Shown here one piece after another: positions 26,200 to 39,529 of a stretch of 64,000 bases of DNA; position 1 is the stretch's first letter, and each line of letters starts with the position of its first letter. Source of the DNA: Octopus vulgaris (taxonomy: Eukaryota); NCBI GenBank assembly GCA_951406725.2, contig OX597815.1, positions 135,966,001-136,030,000 on the forward strand. The letters run 5' to 3'. A program made the translations under genes and the position numbers. The notes beneath the pieces were generated by a model. It ran no database searches and had not been told where the DNA came from. It was given only the letters and a program-made list of their open reading frames with translations.

Positions 26200-27720
26200 T
26201 GCTTTATAAGTTTGTTCAGTGTTGCCTTTCTTAGGTACATCCCATTGACTAGAGACAATAAACTCGAGTCATCGATGCCTGTGATTCCTGATAGATGGCG
26301 AAACTGAACAACTTGGTTGTTTTCACACCTTTTTACCATAAGAGAGGTATTTTCTCCACGGTAACTGCAGTGTATTTGCCTTTTAGCAATTGAAATATGT
26401 CAGAAACATGTTTTAACTAACTTAAATTTTGCTTCGCAGCTTATACCATATCACACCAGGCTCGACCTTATCAAAGGCTTTTGCAAAGTCCAGATATATC
26501 ACGCCCACATTTGAATTGTTGAGCAGCTGCTTTAACCCTCGGTCGTAGTGATATAAGAGCAGTACCAGGCAGCTTTTATCTAGTTAAAACTGGGCTGGGT
26601 GTCAGCCAGCAAGTCATTTTCTTCAAGGAATGTAATTAGTTTTCCTTCGGACTATTTGTTCTATGACTTTGCTGATGTATAAAGTCAGACAGATAGGACT
26701 ATAACTTTTAGCATATGTGCTGTATTTTCCTTTATGAATAGGGAATATTCCCTTTTTCAGTTTTCCTGGGAGCTTACAACTTGCAAGGGAGCTCTGGAAA
26801 AGAAGCTGCAATAGTTTTGCAAGGGCCCGTTTGCATGATTTGAGAATTGTTGGGAATCCATGGTGAGCAGATGAGTTTGCACCAACCAGCATTACATATT
26901 CTTTGATGCTGTTGTAATGAATTGTTACTGTCATCCTTTTTACATCGGTAGTGATAAAGAAATCTATAGATTTCTTGCATGTGACGTAAGAGTGGAGTAA
27001 GACTTGCATGTGACTAAGAGTGGAGTAAGACTTGCATGTGACGTAAGAGTGGAGTGAAAACATTTTTGAATTGTTCATTCAGTGTTTCACTCGGCACCAT
27101 CTTTTTGAGGGAAGTGGCCCTACTTTGCAACACACGGTGGCAGTTTCTTTGGTATACTTAAAGAAGGCTTTAGAGTTTGATTTTATATTTTTTATAACCC
27201 AGGCTTCTTTGCTCTTTCTTTCTCATGGCATCATTTCAGATATTTCTCGATCTCCAGCAGTGTTGTTTCTAATCGGGATTTCTTTACAGATATTGAGTTC
27301 TTTATTGATGCAGTTTGCGACCTTTGTAGGCCGTCTCAAAAGAACTTTTTCTCACTGGGAATCTTGCTCTTATGTGTAGTGGCCTTTCTTTATGGGTCAG
27401 TCTTGTAGCATATACTTGCATTACAGACATGAATTTATTGATTTTCTTGTCAGTGTCGAGTGTAGAGAGATATTAGACCAATTCTGTTTGATGATCTCTT
27501 TCTCAATTGATTTCTAGTCTGCTTTATGGAAGTTCAGATTGGATAGCTTTTGAGCGCTTCTTATACGCTGCAAATCGACGGATTCCTTTGACTAATGTAT
27601 AGTCAGCTCTATTAAATTGTGATCCCAGATTATTGTCGGCGTCAGTTTTACACTATATTCATATATTGTTTGTGAAGCAGAGATCAAGTATATTGTTTGT
27701 CCTGGCTGGTTGGAGAATTA
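26200..27720 (-). mobile_element. Decayed CR1-clade LINE ORF2 (APE end to RT)
   Basis: TNNILDLCFTN, YSPICLT..ISKVIE, VIYLDFAKAFDKV. Confidence 0.8.
26974..27057. repeat. Three tandem copies of a ~29-bp unit
   Basis: (GA)CTTGCATGTGAC(G)TAAGAGTGGAGTAA x3 with no spacers. Confidence 0.9.
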
Positions 27721-28281
27721 CAGTTAAGTTTCTTTTGCCGAACTGGAGGACACCACTCTTTCCTGATTAAGCAACTATCTTGAAAACTTCAATAACTCTA
27801 CAACTAGTTTTATTATATTTTCTTTTCATTTCCCGTATTTATTCACTCTTCCATTTCTTGCACAAACATTCTTTAATTTTTTCTCATGTACCAGCGTCCT
27901 GATATTCAAACAGGATAAACCGTGTGCTCAGAGCCTCAGGATTGCTTGGAAACACAATGCATGTTATAAGAATATGCATGGACACGTGTCTTCACGTGTT
28001 TTCACAGCAAGAAGCTATTAGTAGCTCGTATCTTTATACTGTGTACAGTAAATGACATTTATCACTCACCCGATGGAATACTCAACGGAACAATAACCAC
28101 ACACACACTCAAAATCACACACACAAACACATACGCACGCACCTATACATGCATGTATGTATGTATATATATACACAAGCATAAGTTTGATCTGCTATGG
28201 AATAGAGGGAGGGGGAGATAGTATGTGTGTGTGAGAGAGAGAGAGAGAGAGGGAGAGAGATAGATAGACAGATAGATAGAA

Positions 28282-28362
<81 letters not shown>

Positions 28363-28918
28363 GTTTGTAGAATAACGATTTTTAAAGTTAGAATTGGTAT
28401 GTTCGATGCCTCACTCTGACTGCTGATTTCATCACCATATGGGAATCCTCGGCTTCAATACAAAGTGTTGTCGTTTGTTCTTGAGTTTTTCTTATGTTTC
28501 TTCTTCTTTATCAAATTATCAGCAATACGAAACTTTGATCAAACTTTTCAAAGGAAATAAAATGAAAAAAAGTTCACGAATTTGTTTGTTTTTTCTTGTC
28601 AAGTGTTTTACCATTTAAATTTCTTACGTCATTATCGCTAAGAACATTAACAAAACGATTACTATCGTCACCTTAAGCAACATTAGCTAAGCCACTATCA
28701 TATTTAATATCAGTTCAAGTAAATATATCACTTCCATCGTTTCCTTAACCGAAACTCTCAATTACAGTTAATTTCACCGAAAGGAACATTTTATAATATA
28801 AATGATACTAAATTGAAAAAAAACATACCATGAAGACAAGCTACTGTAGTCACTATATCCACCTAAATTTGTTGATAGACCAGAACAAAAGAAAAATTCG
28901 ATCTCAACTTTATTCCGA

Positions 28919-28988
<70 letters not shown>

Positions 28989-29104
28989 CCTATCTATCTA
29001 TCTATCTATCTAATTTACAGTTATTTATCTTTAATGCCCATAAACCAGTCTATAACAGACTTTTACTATTACCCCATAAGGATAATTCTATAATTCTACT
29101 AATC

Positions 29105-29560
29105 CTATGTAGAATAGGATCTCAAATATTCTCGCAAAATTATCCCTGTCTGTTTTTTAGCTGGGTTAATTAGTCTACATTTAGGGTATCTACTAAAATT
29201 GTCTTTGTGTTCTTTAGAGGTGATAAAGGCCTTACGTGCAGGAAGGTACTCTATACTATTGCTGACGTTAAGGCTTCTTGCGATCCTTCTTTCTTCGAGA
29301 TTCGTCTCTCTGTATAAATTGTTGTCCACCTTTTCACACGTGTATGTGGTACTATTAGTCCGCTGTACAAATTTTTGTTTACAGCAAACAGAAATTTTTT
29401 TTGTTTTGTCAGACTTCACGTTGTTTTCCTTTGTTTTTTCTATGCTTGTTTTATCGTTGCTTATACTCCTATTTTCGCCCTCTGTTCTGTCTCTATAATC
29501 TAGCCATCAACTTCCGGATCCTCCTACCACTCCACCAAAACCTTATTGGATTCTTCAGTT
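29105..29560 (-). mobile_element. Penelope-like RT N-terminal fragment (Naiad-like motifs)
   Basis: KSDKT...AFITSKEHKDNF..PKCRLINPAK..GII. Confidence 0.75.
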
Positions 29561-29719
29561 CACTACATCAAATTAGGTCGTATCTGGACAGAATTTTCTG
29601 TAGGCACGTAGATAAGGATAGTATAAGTTGCCCACTTTTTAAAATCATCAGGTACGCAGGCCACACTACTTGGGATCTGCACCGTCGACTCAGATGTAAT
29701 TCGTAGGCATGAATCCGGT

Positions 29720-30601
29720 TACTGTAAGCTGAACGTGTCACTCCCGACGTGCCAAGGTTATAGATACTTGATTAGTGTATTAGTTAAGTGAGCGTTGACG
29801 GGTTCAGTCGTCAACAACAAATGGTGATTTGTCCTGAAAAAGGCAGAGAAGAATCGATTAGGTTTAGTAAGGCATTAGCAATAGAAAGGAATAGAATAGA
29901 TAGGAACTTAGAAGTGGCGCTCAGGTAAGGCATCGCAATGTCATGGTCATGAAGAAATTCGCCTTGGACTGATTCATCACAAAGGATGCATTGTCAGAGC
30001 TAAGGCGCATGCTCTAGAAATCGAGGGAACAAAAGCTGTATGATAGGCTTTACTGCTAGAGACGCAACTTGGCAACGAAACCACAATTCGGTTTGTGGTG
30101 GACGAAACTGAACGCATAGTACTCGAACCCGTGTAGATGTGTGTGGCATTTCAGCACTTCTTCTAAGTGTTTGAAACGAATAGCAGGCCGAAACGCAGGA
30201 TTAACTTTAGTGCCTACCTCGACGACATGTCACAACTCACTGCAACAGTGTTGCGAAATGCCAATAAAAACCGCGGAAATAAGGGATACGAAGCTGTCTT
30301 ACACATGTTAGGTTGGGGGCAAATCACCTGGTTAGGAGAGGTACTTTTAATTGCCAGACTTGTTTGACAGCTTTTTAACAAATATCTGCCGCAGCTGCGT
30401 CAGAATGGTTCATTAAAGCGTGACATTTAGGCCGTATGCTGATGGGTTAAAATAGTGTCCATAAAATTCAGTCCACTGAAGCCTGTTTGAAGACATGCAA
30501 AGAAAAGATGAAGCTTTGTCATTCACGTTTCCAATTGAGGGGCACATGGGATGTTTAATAATAGCAATGAATAAACATTTCTCTGAAAATTATTATAAAA
30601 T

Positions 30602-30660
<59 letters not shown>

Positions 30661-31750
30661 AGCTTTTATCTTTGTTGAGCCTCCTGAATTCCATCACACT
30701 TCCTGCTTCAGTCGAATGCCACTGACATATAGAGCACATTTTACCGGCTTCTTTGAGAGAACGAATGTCTCAGTTTTCGCAGCATTAATTTTAATTGATA
30801 CCGAACAGCACTCAGGCAAGTCGAGCAGTCATATGTCGCTGAAAATTCCAGGCGACTAATCTTACATCCGGCGCTCTCGATACCACTTCCAACCCAGCTG
30901 CGCATGTCAATCCTGTCCATGAACACCATGAGCAGGAGAGATGACAGTATGCACTTTTGATGGAGTCTGACAACAGCACTGAATGATTTCGACTTACCAC
31001 CATTTATTTAAACACAAATCCTAGGACATTCTTCTAGGAATTCCAGGACAACAAGAAGCTATCCATCGATCCATTAATACAGCAGAAATTCCAACCACAA
31101 GTTTGGTGGGACACGGTCGTATGCCTTTGCGAAGTCTACAAAACAGCCTCGCTCAATTTCACAGAGACTGTTTTCACAAGTGAAGGAAGGCACGAGGCTA
31201 AATTAAGCGTAGGGATTACATGAATTAGCGCAACAGTGCACCAGTTTAGGCATTGTGTCATCAAAAGAAAGGAAGTAGGTGTAAATGCTAAACTCGTTAT
31301 CTTCAATTCGGTGTTCGTGCCTACTCTTACCTATAGTCATGAATATTGGAGAATGACAGAAAGAATACGGTCGTGAATACAAGCGGCAGAGATGAGGTTC
31401 CCCTGAAGGCTATTTTGAGAAACGTTTCTTGATAGAGTTCGTAGCTTGGAGATCAGAGAAGTACTCCAAGTTTAGCTTATACTTCTCCGAATTGAGAGAT
31501 CACAGCACCGGTACCATGGACGTGTGGTAAGGATGTCACAAGAAGGAATCACTGGACAGATTTTATGAGCAAAACCAACCAACAGGAGACCCAGGAGTAA
31601 ATCGCGAACAAGGTGGTTGGATGATATCCATCAGCTCGGTTGGTTTCAGTTGGATCATTTAGAGACAGTTGTTTCCGAGAGGTCCCGGTTGATGGTGTGC
31701 TTGAAGACTCTGTTCCCACCACGCTCCTAGGAATAAATGGGCGAAGAAAA
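29720..31750 (+). mobile_element. Rearranged and decayed RTE-clade LINE pieces
   Basis: + strand 3' end FVPTLTYSHE.W...IQAAEMRF...IERSQ...RTRWLDDI (31240-31750); an RT piece VFMDRI lies on the minus strand at ~30760-31000. Confidence 0.65.
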
Positions 31751-31774
31751 TGAGATCAGATGCTTCATCTTTTA

Positions 31775-31980
31775 TTTGTTTCGATCATTGGACTGCGATT
31801 ATGCTAGTGAACCACCTTGAATGGTTTTAATCGAACGAATCAAAATTACTATTATTCTCTAAAGCCTGATACATATTCCATTTGTCTGTTTTGCCGAACC
31901 AAGTTACAGAGACGTAAACATATCAAAACCTGTTGCTGAGTGATGGTGGGAAATGAACACGAAGACAAAGGCACACACCT
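31775..31980 (-). mobile_element. SINE family 2 fragment
   Basis: Homology to 54785-55180. Confidence 0.55.
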
Positions 31981-32675
31981 AACTTTGTTTTCAGGACAGG
32001 AATATATGAAGCTGCTACTCTGCTTGAGACGAAAGTTTATCGCATATAAATAACTGGTAATATTCCGAATATGATAGAGAAGAAAGTTATCTGGACGAAA
32101 ATCCAAGAAAGTCCCAGCAAAAATATTTGAATTAAACATTCATGAGCTAGTAGTCCTGTGCATCGTGTACTCTGTCATTTTCCCTTTATAATTAAATCAA
32201 CACTTTCATCATTAGCAATATGCCGACGTAGTACCAGGAGAAAGGCTTCGACTTTTAGCATAAGGCGTGTTTCTGTTAAGCATGGAAATTAAATATACAA
32301 TGAAAGAAGCATCATATGTAATAAAACATAAAACCTACGTTAAAAACAGGCTCGAGTATGACTACAATTTTGATTACCTGTTGATGTATATTGTAAATAT
32401 TCTATCACCAATTATATTACTCTTTTGGTGTATTTAACCGAAAATTTATTATAGCAAAACTACAGGCAATAAACATTTGCGTTAAAAAACTTGTAGCGTG
32501 TGTTGTATGAATATTTATAGTAGCCACGCCGATAAATATAATGCTTAAAGATTTCACGAGAAACATATAATTATTGTTTACTGTTATATAAATTAGGTTA
32601 CTAATTCACAAATGTATGCCATCTTTCTCTTCGCTCTCTTTCTTCCTCTCTAAATTCATATATATTTAACTGTTT

Positions 32676-32826
32676 TTACGTTCTGAGTTCAAATTCCGCC
32701 GAGGTCGACTTTGTCTTTCATCCTTTCGGGGTCGATATTTTAAGTACTAGTTGCGTATTGGGGTCGATCTAATGGACTCGCCCCCTCCCCCAAAATTTCG
32801 GGCCTTATGCCTAGAATAGAAAAGAA
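32676..32826 (+). mobile_element. SINE family 1, 5'-truncated, alternative tail
   Basis: Core plus TTTCGGGCCTTATGCCTAGAATAGAAAAGAA. Confidence 0.8.
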
Positions 32827-33019
32827 CGTTTCAACTGTTTTAACCCAAGGCAAATCTTCCATCAACTGGTTATACGTGCAGCATGCACCTTGTATATATT
32901 GCAAGCAGGGGAATGAACCCAACTACTCCCCAGCAGACAAGGGGATTAAAAGATCGACTCGGTTTCGAGCTAGCTTTGCTCATTCTGGTGGAAGATCTCC
33001 CCGGGGTTAAAACAATAAT

Positions 33020-33300
33020 AACATTCAACAGCCATATTGCTGCAGAAATTTAATTTACTGTGTCAAATGCCCGAATTATGAAGAGATATACGTTGGTTAG
33101 ACTTGGAATGTATTACCGGAACGTTCACGAATGCACCGACAACAAATTAGGGACAATGGTGTCCGTTAAATGCCTTTAAGCATCCATCTGGCAACATGTG
33201 GTCACAAAATTTCATTTTATTCCCATTCTATAAACTACAAAAGTCAAGTGAAATTGACAGAAAAATCAGGGAATAGAATTTTATTGATGAATTTAACCTA
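33020..33300 (+). mobile_element. Penelope-like GIY-YIG fragment
   Basis: CCRNLIYCVKCPNYEEIYVG*T...RMHRQQI...FIPFYK. Confidence 0.75.
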
Positions 33301-33395
33301 TGGACAGTTATTATCATTGCAACTATGATAATTAAAATGATGATGGAGATAATAATAATAACAACAACAACAACAACAACAACAATAATAATAAT

Positions 33396-33443
<48 letters not shown>

Positions 33444-33587
33444 TCTTACACATTCACTAGTACAACACTAAGTACAAAATAAAATGTATGGCACCCTAGG
33501 CATAACACCAACATGAACTTCCAACTTGTTGTCTCTTGAGGTCTCTGGGTGAGACTTGTAGCCAACTTGTACAAAAGTCAAACATAA

Positions 33588-33590
<3 letters not shown>
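33444..33590 (+). mobile_element. R4/Dong 3' UTR fragment (family of 61540-62380)
   Basis: Matches the reverse complement of 61540-61700; flanked by (TAA)n. Confidence 0.8.
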
Positions 33591-33627
<37 letters not shown>

Positions 33628-33639
33628 TTAATAATAATG

Positions 33640-33730
<91 letters not shown>

Positions 33731-33776
33731 CAACAACAACAACAGCATTTGAAGGATTGAGATTACGCCTCCAGAA

Positions 33777-34163
<387 letters not shown>

Positions 34164-34167
34164 TAAT

Positions 34168-34760
34168 AATTCACAGACATGACAGAGTTGGAACCTACAT
34201 ACATTGGAAGCTATGCCAACATTATGGAATAACAACAGAAAAAAGATGGTATAGGCACACACCAGAAAAGGTCACAGAAAACGAGAAAGCAACCATACTC
34301 TGGGATATGCCGATACACACAGACAGAGAAATTAAGGCCAACAGACCAGATATAGTTGTCAGAGACCATGAAGAAAAAAAAAATGCTTTCTAATTGATGT
34401 ATCAATACCGGCTGATGGCAACGTGTCTCTAAAATAAATGGAGAAACTCTCAAAATACAAAGACCTGGAAATAGAGGTAACCAGAATGTGGAATCTGAAA
34501 ACAGAAACAATTCCTATCATAATAGGTGCATTAGGCATGATAAAAAAATATTCAGACAAATACATAACAAAAACACCAGGACTTACAAACACATATAACA
34601 TACATAAAATTGCACTACTAGGCGCTGCACACAACCTACGCAGAACAATTTCCATACAATAACCATCAGAGCATCACAACATATCACAGCACATACCCAT
34701 GGCACTCAGAGCTGCGCTCGGTAGTGAAGTGAAAGCACGCTATAAAAATAAAACTATTGA
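34168..34760 (+). mobile_element. R4/Dong LINE 3' fragment, family A
   Basis: HRHDRVG...ILWD...NRPDIVV; close match to 41523-42100. Confidence 0.92.
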
Positions 34761-34784
34761 ATAATAATAATAATAATAATAATG

Positions 34785-34867
<83 letters not shown>

Positions 34868-34925
34868 TAGGCACACAAGGCTGCGCTCGGTAGTGAAGTG
34901 AAACCACGCTATGAAAATAAAACTA

Positions 34926-34930
<5 letters not shown>
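34868..34930 (+). mobile_element. R4/Dong family A extreme 3' fragment
   Basis: GCTGCGCTCGGTAGTGAAGTGAAA...AACTACTGA followed by (TAA)n. Confidence 0.85.
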
Positions 34931-35007
<77 letters not shown>

Positions 35008-35009
<2 letters not shown>

Positions 35010-36185
35010 CAACCACAATTGGACTGGCCAAATATCTCGAAATATCGAATGACTGGATGCTAAAGCTCGTGGAAAATCACGAGAGACGAAAGAAGCTTCA
35101 TTCTATCATAAAGGAAAGCAAAAAATTTGCTATTGATCTCGTGCAGGATACCCAAACTGAACAACCCGAGGGAAGTACGGCAACTATTGTTGCAAAGAAG
35201 GTGAAAATGATGGCAATGAAGAAAGCGCACGAGCAATTGGCTGATAGGTGGGAGGAGAAACTTCTGCACGGCAAATATGTGACCCGCAGCAAACAAGCTG
35301 ATGTTGACCAGTAGCAAACCCATCAGTGGCTACGGAGCTCAGGGCTAAAAGCAGAGAGCGAAGGTTTCATCCTGGCTGCTCAAGATCAAAGCCTATTAAC
35401 CCGGAACTACCAGGCCAATGTGATGAAAAATGGAGCAGACCCAAAATGCCGATTCTGCAACGACATGATTGAAACAGTGGACCACCTAATCTCTGGATGT
35501 AAAGTCTTAGCACCAGTGGAGTATAAATTAAGACATGACAGAGTTGACCAATATCTCCACTGGCTAATAAGTCGGCATTACAATATCAAAACTGCCGACA
35601 AGTGGTATAATCACCACCCTGAGGCTGTAACTGAAGGAGAAAATGTAACCATTCTGTGGGACTTTCCAGTACATACAGACCGAACCATCAAGGCCAATAA
35701 ACCAGATATTGTTGTGAAAGACCAAAACAATAAAGTTTGCTTATTGATCGACATGAGCATCCCCTGTGATCATAATATCTCAGCGAAAGAGTTTGACAAG
35801 CTCAGAAAATATAAAGACCTACTCATTGAAATTGAGAAAATGTGGCATCTCAAGGCGGTTACAATACCAGTGATCGTAGGAGCACTAGGAATGATCAAGA
35901 AGGGAACCGAAAATTATATGAGAATGATCCCTGGCTTACCATCCCTGCAAGAAGTGCAAAAGATTGTCTTAACTGGTACATCACACGTATTGAGAAGAGC
36001 ATTGTCGATGTGAGAACTGTTGCTGCTCATGTATTTTAATTTAACTTAAAAAAAAAATAAAAATAATGAACGAACTACTGAGTTTGGTTTAATGGCCTAC
36101 CAATGTATGCTATGAGTTTCTTTGCCCTAGGAGTCGGGAAGACACTCGGCAAGAAATGGAAGCAAATTTGAAAGAAGAAAAAAAA

Positions 36186-36187
<2 letters not shown>
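35008..36187 (+). mobile_element. R4/Dong LINE, 5'-truncated, family B (zinc finger plus RLE)
   Basis: GLKAESEGFILAAQDQ, CRFC..ETVDHLISGC, RHD, ILWDF, KPDIVV, LIDMSIP, KY.DL..E. Confidence 0.93.
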
Positions 36188-36228
<41 letters not shown>

Positions 36229-36238
36229 TAAAAATAAT

Positions 36239-36287
<49 letters not shown>

Positions 36288-36290
<3 letters not shown>

Positions 36291-36845
36291 GCCCTGATGC
36301 AGTACCAGGCAGTGGCTCTCATGGCTTCTGATCTTAACTGATTGGAAGTGTTATCATGTACATTGTTTTGTTTTGGTACAAAGGAGGGGCTACAGCAAAT
36401 ATTCTGCTCAATACCACAGATTTGCTTGTCAGTTGTTTGACCTTAACCAGTTGAGCATGTCCCTTAGTGGCTGACGATATGTGCATCTCTGATCACGAGC
36501 AGAAGTAGTGGGGGAGCATCATAGCCATGTGTTGAGAGGGATTCTTTGGGGTTTGAATAATTCACCTCTGGAAACATGGGTGGTTCTTTCAACATCCTTA
36601 AACAACCCTTATTCAGGGACCTTTTGAGCGGGATGGGCTGCTCAACCTGAAGAAAATTCTAATTGGGCCCCACCTGCAAGGTCATGTGCTGTTTATCTTG
36701 ATATGAGATCACCATGTCGCGCACATATGGTTGTGATGCATGTGCCTGGTGTACCCTTATCAGACGGGTAGTCATGATGGGTATATTGGACTTCGTATAT
36801 TTTACCCCAGTGTCACTTTGATGGCATGAACAGCTCTCTCACTCA
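36288..36845 (+). mobile_element. ~550-bp non-coding retro-element ending in (TAA)n
   Basis: Second copy at 59475-60030; no ORF; flanked by (TAA)n. Confidence 0.75.
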
Positions 36846-36865
36846 ATAATAATAATAATAATAAT

Positions 36866-36978
36866 CTGTGAATTTGCGTGTGTAATCTGGGAATGCATAC
36901 AATGAGCTTCTCTGCCCGAGGTGTATGGAAAACACTCGGCGAGAAACGGAAGAAAATTTGAAGAAAGAAGGAAAAAAC

Positions 36979-36980
<2 letters not shown>
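36866..36980 (+). mobile_element. R4/Dong 3' UTR fragment, family E
   Basis: Resembles the 3' end of family B (36110-36187); flanked by (TAA)n. Confidence 0.7.
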
Positions 36981-37025
<45 letters not shown>

Positions 37026-37088
37026 TATAATAAAAAAAAAAAAATAATAATAATAATAATAATTATAATAATAATAATAATAATAATG

Positions 37089-37160
<72 letters not shown>

Positions 37161-39470
37161 GAGCAAATACCTGCTTGGCTGACTGAAGGAACCACCTACC
37201 TATTACCTAAAACCGAAGACACAAAAAACCCAAAGAATTACCGGCCAATAACATGTCTCAACACCACCTACAAAATCCTCACATCCATAATAACGGAGAG
37301 AATGTACGCTTTCCTTGAACAAAATTCTATCCTTCCACAAGCTCAAAAAGGTTGTAAAAGAAACTCTTATGGGTGCAAAGACCAATTGCTCATAAACAGA
37401 ATGATTGTAGAGAATTGCCGGAGCAAAAACAAAAACCTGAGTATGGCATGGATAGACTACAGGAAAGCGTATGACAGTGTCCCACATAAATGGATACTCA
37501 AGGCCCTTGAGATATACAAGATCTCTCCTGTCGTCTCAAAATTCTTAGAGAATAGCATGACCATGTGGAACACACGTCTCTTTCTAAGCCATAGTAATGG
37601 GATGAGCCAGTCCAACAGCATCAACATCAAACGAGGCATCTTTCAAGGTGACTCCCTCTCTCCATTACTTTTTTGCATGGCACTGATCCCACTCTCAAAC
37701 GAATTGGATAGTACCAGATATGGGTACAAAGTTTTTAGTAAATTAATAAACCATCTTTTCTATATGGACGACCTAAAGCTGTTTGCCAGGAATGACCAAG
37801 AGCTAGAAGGGCTGCTAACAACTGTTAAAGAGTTTAGCAATGATATCGGAATGGATTTTGGCCTTGATAAGTGTGCTAAAGCAACTTTTGTAAGAGGCAA
37901 GCTCAGGCAAACAGCTTCTGTTAAATTAGATATTGACACTACCATCAAGGAACTTGACCCACAGGAAAGTTACAAATACCTAGGAATCAACGAAGGAGAT
38001 GGTATACATCATGCTACTATGAAGGAAAAAATAAGAAAGGAATACTATAGGAGAATAAGGCTTGTACTGAAGACTGAACTCAACTCCAAAAATTGCATTG
38101 AGGCCATTAACACCCTGGCACTTCCAGTAGTCCAGTACAGTTTTAATATCATTAACTGGAACCTTACGGAACTCCAACGCTTAGACAGGAAGACAAGAAA
38201 GTTACTGACATCCAAGAGCATGCACCACCCTAAGGCAGATGTAGACCGCTTGTACCTACCTAGAAGCAGCGGGGGAGAGGAATGATGCAATTAGAGCTGT
38301 GCTATAAGACCTCTACTGTAGGAATGAACAGGTACCTATCTAGTACAAAGGACTGGATGCTGCGACTTGTGCGCGAACACGAAAGCAACAAAAAGCTGCA
38401 TTCTATTGTCAAGGGAGCTTATAAGTTCGAAAGGGAACTAGACATTAACCTTGAATCAGATGAAGAGCCGGAAACCACTGCTACCAAGCAAGCAAAGCGA
38501 ATCAAGCAGACTGCAAAAAAGAACGGGCAGAATCAAATTGAGAGGCGGTGGAGCCAGAAGCCCCTGCATGGACAATATATTCTCCGAAGCCAAAATGCTG
38601 ATGTAGACCAAGCAACAACCCATCAGTGGCTGAAGAGCTCTGGATTGAAAGCAGAGACTGAAGGTTTCATAATGGCAGCACAAGATCAAAGCTTGTTTAC
38701 CAGAAATTACCAGGCTAACGTTCTCCGAAACGGTACTGACCCTAAATGCAGATTCTGCGACACATTTGACGAAACGATAGACCATCTCGTTTCGGGATGT
38801 CCTGTGCTGACACCAAACGAATACAAAAATCGCCACGATAGGGTAGGACAGTATATACATTGGAAGATATGTAAACACTACAAATCCGACACTCCTGCTA
38901 ACTGGTATGAACACCATCCTCAGCCAGTTGTTGAAGGTAAAGATGTCACCATCCTCTGGGATTTTCCAGTCAACACTGACAGAACGATCAAGGCTAATCG
39001 ACCAGACATAATTGTTAAAGACAGGGAAGAAAATACCTGCAGACTAATAGAGGTAAGCGTCCCCACTGATAAAAATGTATCTGTCAAGGAATTTGACAAA
39101 CTTAGTAAATATAAGGACCTGGAAATCGAAATACAGAGGATGTGGAATCTTAAAACAAAAACTGTTCCTGTTATTGTAGGTGCCCTAGGTATGATAAAAA
39201 AGGGATGTCAGAAACACCTAGACAATATCCCTGGAAAACCATGTCTCAAGGAAATCCAAAAGATTGTGCTAACAAGTACTGCCCACATCCTTAGAAAAAC
39301 CCTATCAATGTAAATGTCTGTGTTTGCATTACATGGAGATATATCTCTACTTCCCCTCCCCAAGCTTTCAGCTATATTTCAACAACTCTTAACCTTCACT
39401 TGCCCTAGGGCGCTGGGTGTGCCCCGGCAGGTGATTGCATCAAACATGCAGATTAAAAGTAAATGACAAT
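37161..39470 (+). mobile_element. R4/Dong LINE, 5'-truncated, family D; RT to RLE with a single frameshift
   Basis: NYRPITCL, WIDYRKAYDSV, GIFQGDSLSPLLF, YMDDLK, CRFC..H..C, RHD, RPDIIV; frameshift at a G-run near 38271; stop at 39313. Confidence 0.95.
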
Positions 39471-39529
39471 GATAATAATAATAATAATAGGAAGAAGAAG
39501 AAGAACAACAACAACAACAACAAAACAAA

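Noticed and set aside
26974-27057. Three ~29-bp repeats as a CRISPR-like array
   Set aside because: No spacers, eukaryotic context, and it lies inside a CR1 relic; a simple tandem duplication.
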